Shown in pieces: positions 13,027 through 26,514 of a DNA stretch of 64,000 bases; positions within the stretch are counted from its first letter, which is position 1; every line of letters begins with the position of its first letter. The notes beneath the pieces are model-generated. The model was not told the DNA's origin. It worked only from the letters and a program-made list of their open reading frames with translations, and did not search any database. Both the position numbers and the translations under genes were made by a program. Source of the stretch: Narcine bancroftii (lineage: Eukaryota); contig NC_091477.1 of assembly GCF_036971445.1 (NCBI RefSeq), positions 89,404,001-89,468,000 on the forward strand. The letters are read 5' to 3'.

Positions 13027-16000
13027 AGAAACTTAGAAACATAGAAGATAGGAGCAGGAGTAGGTCATTCGACCCTTCGAGCCTGCTCCGCCATTCAACG
13101 AGATCACAGCTGATCTTAAAGTTCAGTACCCCGTCCCCGCCTTCTCTCCGTAACCTTTAATACCCTTATACTGAAGAAATATATCTAATTCCCTCTTAAA
13201 TATATTTAATGAACCTGTCTCTACTCCCCTCCGTGGCAATGAATTCCACAGATTCACCACCCTCTGGGTAAAGAAATTCCTCCTCATCCCAATTTGCGCA
13301 ATCTTTCCTCACAAGTCATTCCTGCCATTCCAGGTATCAGCCTGGTGAATCACCTCTGCACTCCCTCCATTGCAAGAACATCCTTCCTTAGATAAGGTGA
13401 CCAAAACTGCACACAATACTCCAGGTGGGGTCTCACCAAGGCCCTGTACAGCTGCAGTAAGGTATCATTGCTCCTCTACTCAAACCCTCTTGATATGAAG
13501 GCCAACATACCATTTGCCTTTTTAACCGCCTGCTGTACCTGCATGCTCGCCTTCAGAGACTGGTGTACAAGTACCCCTAGGTCTCTCTGCACTTCCCCAT
13601 CTCTTAATCTATTGCCATTCAAATAGTAATCTGCCCTCCGGTTTGTACTACCAAAGTGGATTCTTCTTTGGCTTGGCTTTGCGGACGAAGATTTATGGAG
13701 GGGGTAAAAAGTCCACGTCAGCTGCAGGCTCGTTTGTGGCTGACAAGTCCGATGCGGGACAGGCAGACACGATTGCAGCGGTTGCAGGGGAAAATTGGTT
13801 GGTTGGGGTTGGGTGTTGGGTTTTTCCTCCTTTGCCTTTTGTCAGTGAGGTGGGCTCTGCGGTCTTCTTCAAAGGAGGTTGCTGCCCGCCAAACTGTGAG
13901 GCGCCAAGATGCACGGTTTGAGGCGTTATCAGCCCACTGGCAGTGGTCAATATGGCAGGCACCAAGAGATTTCTTTAGGCAGTCCTTGTACCTTTTCTTT
14001 GGTGCACCTCTGTCACGGTGGCCAGTGGAGAGCTCGCCATATAACACGATCTTGGGAAGGCGATGGTCCTCCATTCTGGAGACGTGACCCATCCAGAGCA
14101 GCTGGATCTTCAGCAGCGTGGACTCGATGCTGTCGACCTCTGCCATCTCGAGTACTTCGACGTTAGGGATGTAAGCGCTCCAATGGATGTTGAGGATGGA
14201 GCGGAGACAACGCTGGTGGAAGCGTTCTAGGAGCCGTAGGTGGTGCCGGTAGAGGACCCATGATTCGGAGCCGAACAGGAGTGTGGATAACCTCACATTT
14301 ATCCACATTGTAGTGCATTTGCCATGTATCTGCCCAGTCCCTCAATTCATCCAAATCACACTGGAGCTTCCTGACCCCTTCTTCCGTGCACACAACCCCT
14401 CCTAGCTTAGTGTCATCTGCAAATTTGGAGATATTACATCCAATCCCCTCATCCATATCATTAATGTAAATTGTGAACAGCTGGGGTCCCAGTACAGATC
14501 CCTGTGGCATCCCACTGGTCACCGCCTGCCACTCAGAAAATGAGCCATTTATCCCAACTGTCTGTCTTCTACCTGCCAGCCAGTTCTCAATCCACATCAA
14601 TACTTTGCCCACAAACCCATGAGCCTTGATTTTGGAAGCCAGTCGTTTATGGGGGACCTTATCGAAGGCCTTTTGGAAGTCCAGGTACACCACATCCACT
14701 GGCTCTCCCCCATCTATTTTACCTGTCACCATCTCAAAGAATTCCAATAGATTTGTCAAGCACGATTTACCTTTTGTAAATCCATGTTGACTCCGTCCGA
14801 TCCCTTCTCTGCTAGTCATATGCTCCGCTATTACATCCTTAATAATGGATTCCATCATTTTGCCCACTACTGATGTAAGGCTCACCGGCCTATAATTCCC
14901 CGCTTTTTCTCTACCCCCCTTTTTAAATAGTGGGATAACATTAGCTACCCTCCAATCCATGTGTACTGATCCTGAGTCTATCGAGTTCTGGAAAATAATT
15001 CTTAAAGCATCTGCTATCTGAATGGCCACTTCCTTGTAGATTGTCAGGCCCTTGGGATTTATCTGCCTTCAATCCCATCAATTTCCCCAAGACCATGTCC
15101 TTTGAGATACTGATTTATTTCAGTTCCTCCCTTGCATTAGTCTCTATGTTTCCCAACATCCTTGGGAGGTTATTTGTATCCTCTCATAAAAACAGAACTA
15201 AAGTAAGAATTTAATTGGTCTGCCATTTCCTTATTCCCCATTATATATTCCCCTGATTCCGACTGCAAAGGATCTACTCTGGATTTCACCAATCTTTTCC
15301 TCTTGACATATTTATAAAAGCTTTTGCAGTCGGTTTTTATATTTGCCGCAAACTTACTTTCGTAATTTATTTTTGCTCTCTTGATTAATCCCTTTATCCT
15401 CCTTTGGTGCATCTTGAACTGCTCCCAGTCTTCGGTTGTGGTACTTTTTTTGGCCAATTGATATGCTCTCTCTTTGGACCTAATGTTGTCTCTAATTTCC
15501 CTTGTTATCCACGGTTGAGTCACCTTTTTTGGTTTATTTTTATGCCAAACCTGTATAAACGATTTTTGCAATTTCTTCATTAGATCTGTGAATGCTTTCC
15601 ATTGTCTATCCACAGTCAACTCCCCCATAAACACCACCCAATTAATCTTACTCAACTCCCGTCTCATACCTTCATAATTCTCTTTATTTAAATTCAGGAC
15701 CTTAGTCTCGGTTTTAATTTCATCACTCTCCATGTCGAGTGAGAATTCGATCATATTGTGATCGCTCCTACCCAAAGGGCCTCGTACAACAAGATTGTTG
15801 ATTAGCCCCTTATCATTGCATAATACCCAATCTAAAATGGCCTGCTCCCGAGTTGGTTCCTCGACATATTAATCTAGATAACCGTCCCGTAAACATTCAA
15901 GGAATTCCTCCTCCTCAGTATTTTTACTAATTTGGCTAGTCCAATCTATATGTAAATTAAAGTCTCCCATGATGACAGCTGTTCCCTTATTGCACGCTTT

Positions 16001-17110
16001 TCTAATTTCTCTTTTAATGCCTTCCCTCACCTCTACACTACTATTTGGAGGCCTATATACCACCCCCACTAACATTTTCTGCCCCTTGCTATTCCCCAGT
16101 TCTACCCATATAGATTCCGTATCTTCCAACTTGATATCCTTTCTGTCAATCGTGTCGGTCCCTTCTCTCACCATCAATACTACCCCACCCCCTTTTCTTT
16201 CTTGCCGATCCCTCTTAAATATCATATACCCCGGGATGTTAAGTTCCCAGGCTTGCCCACCCTGCAGCCATGTTTCTGTATCCCAATCAAATCATATTTG
16301 TTTATCTCAATTTCCATAGCTAATTCATCTACCTTGTTCTGAATGCTTCTTGCATTAAGGTATAAAGCCTTCAGATTTGCTTTTTTCACCCTCCTTGCTC
16401 TTCCTGATTTTTTACTTTCGCTGCCTAACCTAACTTTTCCTGTTTTATCTTTTCTGTCCTTTGCCCTATCATACAGGTTCCCACCCCCCTGCCAAATTAG
16501 TTTAAACCGCACCCGACGGCTGCACCAAACCTAGCTGCCAATATATTGACCCCTTTTGGGTTTAGGTGTAACCCATCCTTCTTGTAGAGGTCATGCCTTC
16601 CCCAAAAAAATCCCAATGATCCAAGAAGCCAAAACCCTGTCCTTTACACCAGCCCCTCAGCCACACATTCATTTTTCTTAACCTTCCATTTTTGTCCTCA
16701 GTTGCACTTGGCACAGGTAGCAAACCAGAGATCACCACCCTGGCTGTCCTATTTCTTAGTTTCTGTCCTAGCTCTCTGTAATCCTTTTTCAGTACTTCCT
16801 CCTTTTTATCTATGTCATTGGTACCCACATGTACCAAGACATCAGGCTGTTCGCCTTCCCCTTTTAGAATACCCTGGACCCGATTTGAGATATCCCGCAC
16901 CCTTGCACCAGGGAGACAGCACACCATGCGGGCATACCTATCTGGCTCACAGAATCTCCTGTCTGTATTTCTGACAATGGAGTCCCCAATGACCACTGCA
17001 TTCCCCTTTACCTTTTGGTCCACCATGCCAGGCTCAGTGCCAGTGACCTGGTCACTGCTGCCAGCTTCTGTCAGGTCATCTCCCTCAACAGCATCCAACA
17101 AAATATACCT
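13027..17110 (-). mobile_element. Long CR1-clade LINE (ORF1 SGNH esterase; ORF2 APE-RT), inactivated, with a nested RTE
   Basis: ORF1 motifs VVIGDSIVR, CCLPGARVRD and VHVGTNDI (16562-17110). APE motifs YLNARSI, VVYRPPNS, MGDFN and SDHN. RT motifs NYRPVSLTS, YLDFQKAFDKV, PQGSVLGP and KFADDTK. 3' tail (CATAGAAA)n at 13027-13045. About 165 bp deleted near 13290 relative to the copy at 47676. Confidence 0.93.
13662..14282 (-). mobile_element. 5'-truncated young RTE-clade LINE nested in the CR1
   Basis: ORF C-terminus LLERFHQRCLRSIL..QLLWMGHVSRMEDHRLPK..CNRCNRVC..H; tail ...GCCAAGCCAAAGAAGA; 6-bp TSD GTGGAT (13656-13661 and 14283-14288). Confidence 0.92.
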
Positions 17111-19217
17111 GATCCATCTCAGTCTACAGTAAGACATCTTGTTAATCTTCAGCAATTTCATTCACACCATATATTGCCATGAAACAACAAAATTCATCAG
17201 AAGCAGGGCTCCATCGAGCACCTTCATTGCATTGCTCTCGATCAAATTGTAAACCTGCTTCAGTTTTGGACAAATTGAACATTTGTAATTGTATTCTCAC
17301 AATAAAAGCAAGACTAATCCAATTCAGCCAATTACCATTCACATCCGTCAGCATTTGATCATTAGTAGGGTGATGGAAGGTCTTTTGGACAGCACTATTG
17401 AGCACACTTCTCACCAGTACTCTCCTCTAGTTCTCCAGATTCCCACAGGACCATGTTATTGCAGATCTCATTGCCAATTTGCTGCAAATTTGGATAAAGG
17501 AGTTGAATTCCAAATTCCTGCATTTGACAGTGTATGGTATTACAGAACCCAGGTAAAGTGTTAACCTGATTAAGAAATGCCTAGCACAAGGAAAGATAGC
17601 CCCTGTCTCAGACAATGCTGGAGAATTTCTTCAGAACTCAACCATCTTCACCTTTTTATTATTTAATTGAACAATATTCAATTCCATTTGTGACTCACTG
17701 CTTGAACCTGCTTGACATTCAGGCTTGTCTGTTAAGTGCACCACACAAGTACTAGGGAATTTTTGTGTTTCTATGTATGTCTAATAAAGAACTACATTCC
17801 CCAGTAGGCAATGTGCACAGTTTGTGCAGGAACAAAAATAGACTACGTCAGAAGTCAAGTGAGCTGTGGGTTCAAATAGCTTGAAAAATAAAGTTGTTTA
17901 AGCATTAAAACCAGGCAAGAGATTATTCTTCTTCAAGGAATGAATATAACATGGTGACAGAGTGTGCGAGTAAGTAAGAAAAGACAATAGTTCCCATCAT
18001 GAATAAGTACATTCTTTCCACACCGATTCAGTTTACCAACAATCTAATGGATAACTTGAAATGCTTCAAACAGCAATTCTATGTTAATTAGAAGCTGGAG
18101 GACCAGGAGAGATCAACGAAAAATAGAAAGCATCTATATTTGTGATAAGTGAAGATGCCTTGCCTTGGACATCTATAACAGTTCTCAAATTGATGAGACA
18201 GCTTTCATGTTGGACACTCTGATGACAAAATTTGAGGAGTATTTTGTTCTCAGTAAAAATGTCACTTTTGAGAGATTCAAGTTTTTCTCCTGTGACCAGA
18301 AACGAAGTATGAACTTCAACCAATACCTAGCCGTGCTTCACACACTGAGTAAATCCTGTGAGTGGAGATTTGAAAAACTCACTCATTTGAGAAAGAATAG
18401 TTTGCAGAATTCCATATAATGGGCTGAGAGAAAGACTGTTACGTGAAGAAGATTTGATATTGGAAAAGGCTGTGAATATGTGTAAGGCAGCAGAGACAAC
18501 ATGAGCACAAGCTAAGGTTTTGTATAGGATAGACACAGCAGTGCATATGGTAAAAACAGAGAAGCAGAGCACCAGGAGTTTCCCAAAGCCATAGCAAATC
18601 AAAAAAATAGGGTCATGCAGCAGATGCAGAGGTAGACCTATTCCAAAGATGTGTCCTACCTATGGAACGTCCTGCAATAAATGTGGGAAGAATAATTTTA
18701 CAAAGTGCTGCAAAGCAAGAGCTTCCAAGAGAAAGATGCATACAATGCATCAAGAAATGGAGGAATTCTTCATGGATTCTCTGCAGACTGTTGCTGGTAA
18801 AACAGAATGGATCATTCAAGTGACTTGTGAATGAGACCATTATTCCTTTTAAGCTTGACACTGGAGCGCAGGAGAATCTGTTATATATGGATGATCACAA
18901 AACTCTCACTGTAAAGAGCAAGATTTATCCAGTGAAATTAAAAGTAACAGGCTACACTGGAGAGAATGTTCCAGTAAAAGGGGGCCGTATGGTGATCTTC
19001 AAATACAGAGTGGCATCTAAAGTCACAGCTACTGATTATAGAAAAGAGAGTACAGTCAATATTGGGTCAGAGTGCATGTGAAAAGCTCATCCTGGTGAAA
19101 AGAGTTTTCATAGAGGCTTCACGGACTGAAGATGAGATGAGCACACAACACTCATGAAGAGTATGCAGATGTCTTTGAGGGGCTTGGATGTTTACCTGGT
19201 GTATACAAGATCCATGT

Positions 19218-20574
19218 CTATCTCATTGTCGATCCTTGCATCTGATGAAATGGTGCAGCCGAGATAGGTAAACTGGTTGACCGTTTTGAGTTTTGTGTGC
19301 CCGATGGAGATGTGGGGGGGCTGGTAGTCATGGTGGGGAGCTGGCTGATGGAGGACCTCAGTTTTCTTCAGGCTGACTTCCAGGCCAAACATTTTGGCAG
19401 TTTCCGCAAAGCAGGACGTCAAGCGCTGAAGAGCTGGCTCTGAATGGGCAACTAAAGCGGCATCGTCTGCAAAGAGTAGTTCACGGACAAGTTTCTCTTG
19501 TGTCTTGGTGTGAGCTTGCAGGCGCCTCAGATTGAAGAGACTGCCATCCGTGCGGTACCGGATGTAAACAGCGTCTTCATTGTTGGGGTCTTTCATGGCT
19601 TGGTTCAGCATCATGCTGAAGAAGATTGAAAAGAGGGTTGGTGCGAGAACACAGCCTTGCTTCACGCCATTGTTAATGGAGAAGGGTTCAGAGAGCTCAT
19701 TGCTGTATCTGACCCGACCTTGTTGGTTTTCGTGCAGTTGGATAATCATGTTGAGGAACTTTGGGGGACATCCGATGCGCTCTAGTATTTGCCAAAGCCC
19801 TTTCATCAGATGCAAGGATCGACAATGAGATAGACAACAGACTCGCCAAGGCAAATAGCGCCTTTGGAAGACTACACAAAAGAGTCTGGAAAAACAACCA
19901 ACTGAAAAACCTCACAAAGATAAGCGTATACAGAGCCGTTGTCATACCCACACTCCTGTTCGGCTCCGAATCATGGGTCCTCTACCGGCATCACCTACGG
20001 CTCCTAGAACGCTTCCACCAGCGTTGTCTTTGCTCCATCCTCAACATCCATTGGAGCGCTTTCATCCCTAACGTCGAAGTACTCGAGATGGCAGAGGTCG
20101 ACAGCATCGAGTCCACGCTGCTGAAGATCCAGCTGCGCTGGATGGGTCACGTCTCCAGAATGGAGGACCATCGCCTTCCCAAGATCGTGTTATATGGCGA
20201 GCTCTCCACTGGCCACCGTGACAGAGGTGCACCAAAGAAAAGGTACAAGGACTGCCTAAAGAAATCTCTTGGTGCCTGCCACATTGACCACCGCCAGTGG
20301 GCTGATATCGCCTCAAACCGTGCATCTTGGCGCCTCACAGTTTGGCGGGCAGCAACCTCCTTTGAAGAAGACCGCAGAGCCCACCTCACTGACAAAAGGC
20401 AAAGGAGGAAAAACCCAACACCCAACCCCAACCCACCAATTTTCCCCTGCAGCCGCTGCATCGTGTCTGCCTGTCCCGCATCGGACTTGTCAGCCACAAA
20501 CGAGCCTGCAGCTGACGTGGACTTTTACCCCCTCCATAAATCTTCGTCCGCGAAGCCAAGCCAAAGAAAAGAAG
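19218..20574 (+). mobile_element. RTE-clade LINE with an inverted 5' segment (19218-~19803 on -, ~19801-20574 on +)
   Basis: RT core GVKQGCVLAPTLF..LFADD reads on - while the C-terminus and 3' tail read on +. Perfect 13-bp TSD ACAAGATCCATGT (19205-19217 and 20575-20587). Confidence 0.92.
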
Positions 20575-23378
20575 ACAAGATCCATGTAGATGAGATAGTG
20601 TCTCCTATTATCCATACATGCAGGGAAGTTCCTTTCCACTTAGAGACAAACTTAAACAAGAACTAGCATATATGGAATGGATGAAAGTCCTACAGAAAAT
20701 TGAAGAACCTACAGCTTACTGGTTATCATGCAAAAGAAAAATGGAGCATTAGGTATATGTCTGGACCCAAGAGATCTCAATAAAGCAATCAAAAGACAGC
20801 ATTTTAATTGCCGACATGGGAGGAAATCATGTCCCGGTTTGCAGGTGCCAAGTGGTTTAGCAAGCTCAGCGCATCATCAGGGTTTTGGGAGCTGAAGCTC
20901 GAGGATACAAGTATGAGACTATGTACTTTCATTACTCCACAAGGAAGATACCACTTACTTCGGCTATCATGTCCACATCAGAAGTCTACCATAAAACCAT
21001 CCACACGATCTTTGAATGTATACTTGGAGATGAGACCATAATGGATGACATCATTATATGGGGTCCATCAAGAATTAACATGATACGTGACTAGTGCAAG
21101 TGCTTGACATGACAAGGAAAGTCCATTTGAAATTAATAAAATGTAAGTTTGGCGTAAACACAGTGACCTTCATAGGAGATGTCATATCTAAACAAGGAGT
21201 GAAACCTGATCCAAGAAAGACATCAGTCATTGAAAAGTTTGTGAGGCCCCAAAACTCTTGGGGATGGTGAACTTACCTGGCTATGTTCAGCCCTCATCTG
21301 TCAATTGTGTCAGTACCATTTAGGTCACTCCTTGAGCTGAAAAGTGAATAGATCTAGTCACATGAGCAAGAAGAGTGCTTCTTGGCACTCAAAAAAAAAA
21401 GTTCAAACAGAAGAGCTATACTGAAATGTTATGATCCGGATGGGTGTACCAGGATCTCGGCTGATGCATCCTGACATGGCCTTGGAGCAGTTTTACTGCA
21501 GCAGCATGAGGACACATGGCAACCTGTGGCCTATATATCAAGGGCTTTAACAAGTGCTGAAGCCAAATCTGCACAGATATAGAAAGAGCTTCTTGCCAGC
21601 ACTTATGCATGCAAAATATTCAGTCAATACATTTTAAGACAACCTCTTTAAGTGAAGACAGACCATAAATCACTGGTCTCAATAATGTCCAAATCACTGA
21701 TTGACTGACCCATGAGAGTATAGTGCATGTGGATAAGAATGCAGAAATATGATGTAAAAGTGACCTACGTACCAGGAAAATACATGTTTGCAGTTGATAC
21801 ACTGTCTCGAGCAGTTGACAAGAAAGAAAAGAATGACCAAGATGTTAATGTGGAGATACAGGTCTATGTTGACGTGATTATCACCTCATTTCCAGTTTTC
21901 CGGGATAGAACAGAGCAGATAATGAAAGCAACAGAGACAGATGAAACAATGAAAGAGCTCAAAGATACAATATAGAAAGGATGGCCGGCAGCTGTGAATG
22001 ACTGTCCAATGGGTATTCCAATGGGTATTCGGGATTACTGGGCACGCAGAGATGAACTGTCAGTTGTGATAAGTATGGTCTTCAAAGAGGAACAGGTTTG
22101 TGATTCCAGTGTTGCTATTGCAAGGAAATGCTCTAAAAGATACACGAAGGACTTCTTGGTGAGGAAAAATGCAAACGTAGAGCTCGAGAGGTGATGTACT
22201 GGCCAAAAAATGAAGTAATATATAAGATGGACTACTGCTTCATTGAAATATGCCTTACCTATAGATCAAAGCAGCAAGCACAACTGCTTTGCACCACACT
22301 CTGTACCAGATAGGCCATACTTCAAAGTTGGAGTAGATTTGTTTGACTGTAATGGGAAGACATAGTAGTAACACACTATTTTTTCAATTACTCAGAGGTA
22401 GCTACTCTGCAGTCAATATCCAGCAAAGCAGGTATCACTTTCAAGGAGGCAAGGAGTTTCTTGTGAAGTAGTATCAGACAATGGTCCACAATTTTCAAAC
22501 AGTGAAATGGAGTCCTTTGCCAATACTTGGAATTTTGACATATAACTTCAAGCCCACATCACCCAAAGTCTAATGGGCTCGCAGAGAGTTTTGTTAGGTC
22601 TCATGAAGAAAGTGCATGATGGACGAGAATAATTCACGGAAGAGTGTGACTACAAAATGGCCTTTCTCCTGCCCAAATGTTGATGGGTTGGCGCATACAT
22701 ATCAGCCTTCCAATGCATGAAAATCTGTTGACATCTAAAAGAGCACACAAGGTCAAAAAGAGAAGGTAAAACAGAAACACTATCTCAGTAAGACTGTGAA
22801 AATCCAACCAGTCCTGAAGCCTGGAGTTCAACTGTGAATCCGAGATCACAATTCTGTCCATGCAAGAATATGTGCAAGAAGAAATAGATCCACGTTCCTT
22901 AGATCCAGACAGTGGGAGGGACACCTCTGAGAAGGAACTGCACAGATCTATTACCACAAGCTCCAACCCATGGTCGTGACCTATCACCTGTCAATACATA
23001 AAAGGGCCAAGCACACGTTGAAAAGAAACATGTTATTCAGAGTTTACAGAAAGACACAAATAGTAACACAGCAAATGCAAGCAATGCACAGGTGGAAACA
23101 TACCAGACCAAAAAGAATTGTTAAACCACCTCAGAGACTGATTGAAAGCTGCTGAGTGGAAAGAGACTGACCATGGAATATCGATACCCTTATTATGTAG
23201 ACAGTATTGTGTGCTTTTCTTTTGTTAAAAAAGGGGAAAGATCTGTTGTTGTCCACATATAATTAAGAACAACATTTCCCAGGAGGCAATGTGCACAGTT
23301 TGTGTGGGAACGAAAAGTAGACCATGACAGAAGTCGAGTGCACTGTGGGTTCAAGCAGCTTGAATAATAGTTATTTAA

Positions 23379-23448
23379 GCATTAAAAGTATCCAAATTTG
23401 TTCTTCAAGAAACGCATTAAAAGTATCCAAATTTGTTCTTCAAGAAAC
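23379..23448. repeat. Perfect 35-bp tandem duplication inside the 3' LTR
   Basis: GCATTAAAAGTATCCAAATTTGTTCTTCAAGAAAC x2. Confidence 0.95.
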
Positions 23449-25334
23449 AAACATAATAAATTTCAGCTCCCCTTGTCATTCAATGGAAATACTATTTTTG
23501 AATTTACCACCATCAATATGATGATGGGTCATTGCAGAGAAGGGGTAACTTTGACCAAATATCAAATTGAGTGACTAACATTGTTGATCATAGGAGAGAT
23601 GAGAAGATTAATATTGTGTGATGAATGACACATTTCAGGATCCAGCAATAAAATATTATCATCAGAAAAGCAAGTCAAGGCAGAGAGAGAACATTTGCCA
23701 TCAACCTTGAAGAATTGAGCTATGACAGTACTCAAGAATTTCCATATCACCCAAAGCAAAGCAGATCTATTATTTGGCATCCATCCCTCTGTTGGTGCAA
23801 TGGATACCAGCTACAAGGTGCATTGAAGCAGCTCTCAAGAGCAGCTTCCACTTTTATAGATAAAATCTATCAACTCCAGCAGCAAGCATGGTGAAGACCA
23901 CATCATTAAAACGTTTTGGCTTCTGTTCAATCACCTAGGTCTTGAAATCTTGGTGATTCTTCATTCTTGGAAAAATCCCAGAATTGCCTACGTAATTGCA
24001 TCTTTTCCACATGGATACAATGATTCAAAAGTAGCACAGTGCCAACTTCAAGATGATAAATGCCAGTGATGCCCACATCATGAGTATGAATTTTTTTAAA
24101 AAAACTAAGGCTGCATTCAAGGGAAATGTGCTTTTCTTTACTTAATAAGAATGGGTTCTATGACTGGACAATAGCAAGCTTTTAATTAATTATACCAATT
24201 GAGAGTGACTAATGTAACTGCACTAGAAGGCTGGGAATTTTTTTTAGCTTTGCCAAATTAGTTGAGGATTCTGCGATGTGAGAAACAAAGACTATTCATT
24301 TGACATAAAGAGCAGACATTGTTTGTAGAAAGAGCTGAATATTGATGTATTGGAATGTAGGCATTTTTTTCCCTGAATTGTTTAATTGTGTTGGTCATAA
24401 GAACATTTGTATGCATGGTAGGCTATATTTAGAATGTAACAAAGGGCACAGCACCAATCAATTTTGCAATAATGTAAGATTTAATTCATTGTATATAATG
24501 CTGTTTCATGATGTGGTTGCGATACTTCCAAATTGAAAACACTTAAAATATTTGGGGGAAATAAAGATAAAAATAGAATTCTAGTATGGCACTTTAAACA
24601 GCATTTGCAATATGGTGCATTGATGACATGATTACTCATGATGACATGGTTTTTATTACTTCAAAATTTGGTAAGAAATTTGACCCAAATCAGACATTGG
24701 GTACAACAACATCTAACCTTGCAGTTTTTTTTTAACGAGCTCATTGATTGAATTTCATTTCCTGTGTATCAGGAAGGGAATAAGTTTGAACTTCATTTGA
24801 GTTTGAGATCTGTTTTTTGTAGGTTTTGTGATCAGTGGGGTGAACTGATCTTTGGGTCTGAAAAGGGATAATTTTCAATTTCAAATAAAGGCTACATCTT
24901 GTACTTGGATCCCTATCTAACTCACAGCTGCATTTCTAGTGCAAGTATATTTCCATTTTTGTTCAGGTCTATCTGTAGAAGCACACAGTGACTTACTGAT
25001 GAACATGTTTCATTTTCCCTCCTCAGATAAATGGAAATTAAACCTAAAGAGCAAAGGTGAGGTTCTGTTGGGAATTACTTCACTATTTACAAATGGCTAC
25101 AGTAAATCCCACTTAAATTCCCTACAGTCACATGGAATGTTTTAACCAGAATGTAGTTGTATCTATTTAGAGAAGGTTGATTCTGGGATAAAATCTGAAT
25201 TTTGTCTTGATTTCATAATTAATCATAAAATAGTTTTTTGTTTTTTATTTAGTCAGTAGGAAAGCAGTATGGAAGAAACCAACAAAACATGACTGCTTCA
25301 CTGGGAAGGTGTCCCATAAATTTGCTGCAAATTT

Positions 25335-26167
25335 ACAAATCAACAAATTCTCTGATGATCCCATGACAGTGGGTTCTACAAAAAGAGGTGATGAGTCAGC
25401 ATAGAGGAAGGAGATTGAAAACTTAGCTGCATGGTGTACTAACAGCAACCTCTCGCTCAAGGTCATCAAGACCAAGGAGCTGATAGTTGACTTCAGGAAA
25501 TAAAAACTAGAGGTGCATGATCCAGTGATCACTGGAGGATCAGAAGTGGACGGAGTGAGCAATTTTAAATATTTGGAGTCACTATCTTGGAGGACTTTTC
25601 CTGGACCCAACACTAATGTCATTGTGAAGAAAGCATGTCAGTGCCTCTAATTGCTCAGGAGTTCGCAGAGGTTTGGTATGACCTCAAATTTTGGCAAACT
25701 ACAGTTGTGTTGTGAAAAGTGTACTGACCAGCTGCCTCAAGGCCTGGTATGGAGTCACTTCCAAAAGATAGTGAACACAGCTCAGTACATCACAGGCAAA
25801 ACTCTCCCCACCACTGAGAAAAAACAAAAGGAGCGCTGCCACTGGACAGCAGCAGCAATCATCAAGGATCCACATGCTCTGTTCTCACTGCTGCCATCAA
25901 GAAAGAGGTACGAGTCAGAAGACTCGTACACCAGATTAATTAACAGTTACTACCCTTCCACCCACATCAAATGCAATCAGAGACTCATTTCTGAATTTTT
26001 CTGCATTGCACAGTCAGTTTGTTAACATTTCTTTTGCTTACATATCTTGAGTACAGTTTTTTGCACTACCATAAGGTAGAAATTCTGTCTGGCCTGCAGG
26101 AAAAAGAATTTCAGGGTTGTATGTGCTGTCATGTATGTACACTGACAATAAATATAAACTTTGAACT
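25335..26167 (+). mobile_element. Rex1/Babar-type LINE 3' fragment
   Basis: Degenerate KFADD..DESAY..WC..NLSL..KTKELIVDFRK; 3' tail ...GTATGTACACTGACAATAAA...TTTGAACT. Confidence 0.8.
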
Positions 26168-26169
26168 TA

Positions 26170-26450
26170 GTGGCCAATTACCAAAACAATTTTGAGAATG
26201 GTTGGTATACAGTGTTCCTTATGTGTCCTTGCTAGTGTGCTATATAGTAGCAATAGACCCTTCCTGCTCTTAAATTCAACTCCTCTGGCAAAATCCCATT
26301 TGCCTTCTGGATTGCCTGCTGCACCTGCAAACTTTTTTTTGTGATTCATATACAAGCATCCCCAGTTCAGTCTGAACAATAGCATCCTGCTATTTTTCAA
26401 CATAGTGGTATCAGACTGACTAATTACTTCCAAAATGAATAATGCCCTCT
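26170..26450 (-). mobile_element. Old CR1 fragment
   Basis: ARGVEFKSRKGLLLLYSTLARTHKEHC resembles the CR1 post-RT region. Confidence 0.6.
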
Positions 26451-26514
26451 ATTGTTAATACAATTTTCTGAACAAATATTTAATATTGGAGTTTATTTCT
26501 CTCCATCAGGTGGT

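Larger units (their letters stand above)
17764..23458 (+). mobile_element. Decayed Ty3/Gypsy LTR retrotransposon 2, interrupted by an RTE
   Basis: LTRs at about 17764-17951 and 23242-23458. PBS-like TGGTGACAGAGTG at 17952 and PPT AAAAAAGGGGAAAGA at about 23227-23241. Gag with a Cys-rich knuckle remnant (CPTYGTSCNKCGK), protease FKLDTGAQ, RT (FSKLSASSGFW, MDDIII), RNase H and integrase remnants. Confidence 0.88.

Noticed and set aside
14163-15029. 288-aa RT fusion protein
   Set aside because: CR1 RT reading out of frame into the nested RTE; no sign of domestication.
16562-17161. Stand-alone SGNH/GDSL esterase gene
   Set aside because: It is ORF1 of the CR1 element; esterase domains in CR1/L2 ORF1 are well known.
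19761-20666. 301-aa novel chimeric protein
   Set aside because: A by-product of the RTE inversion junction plus read-through into Gypsy pol.
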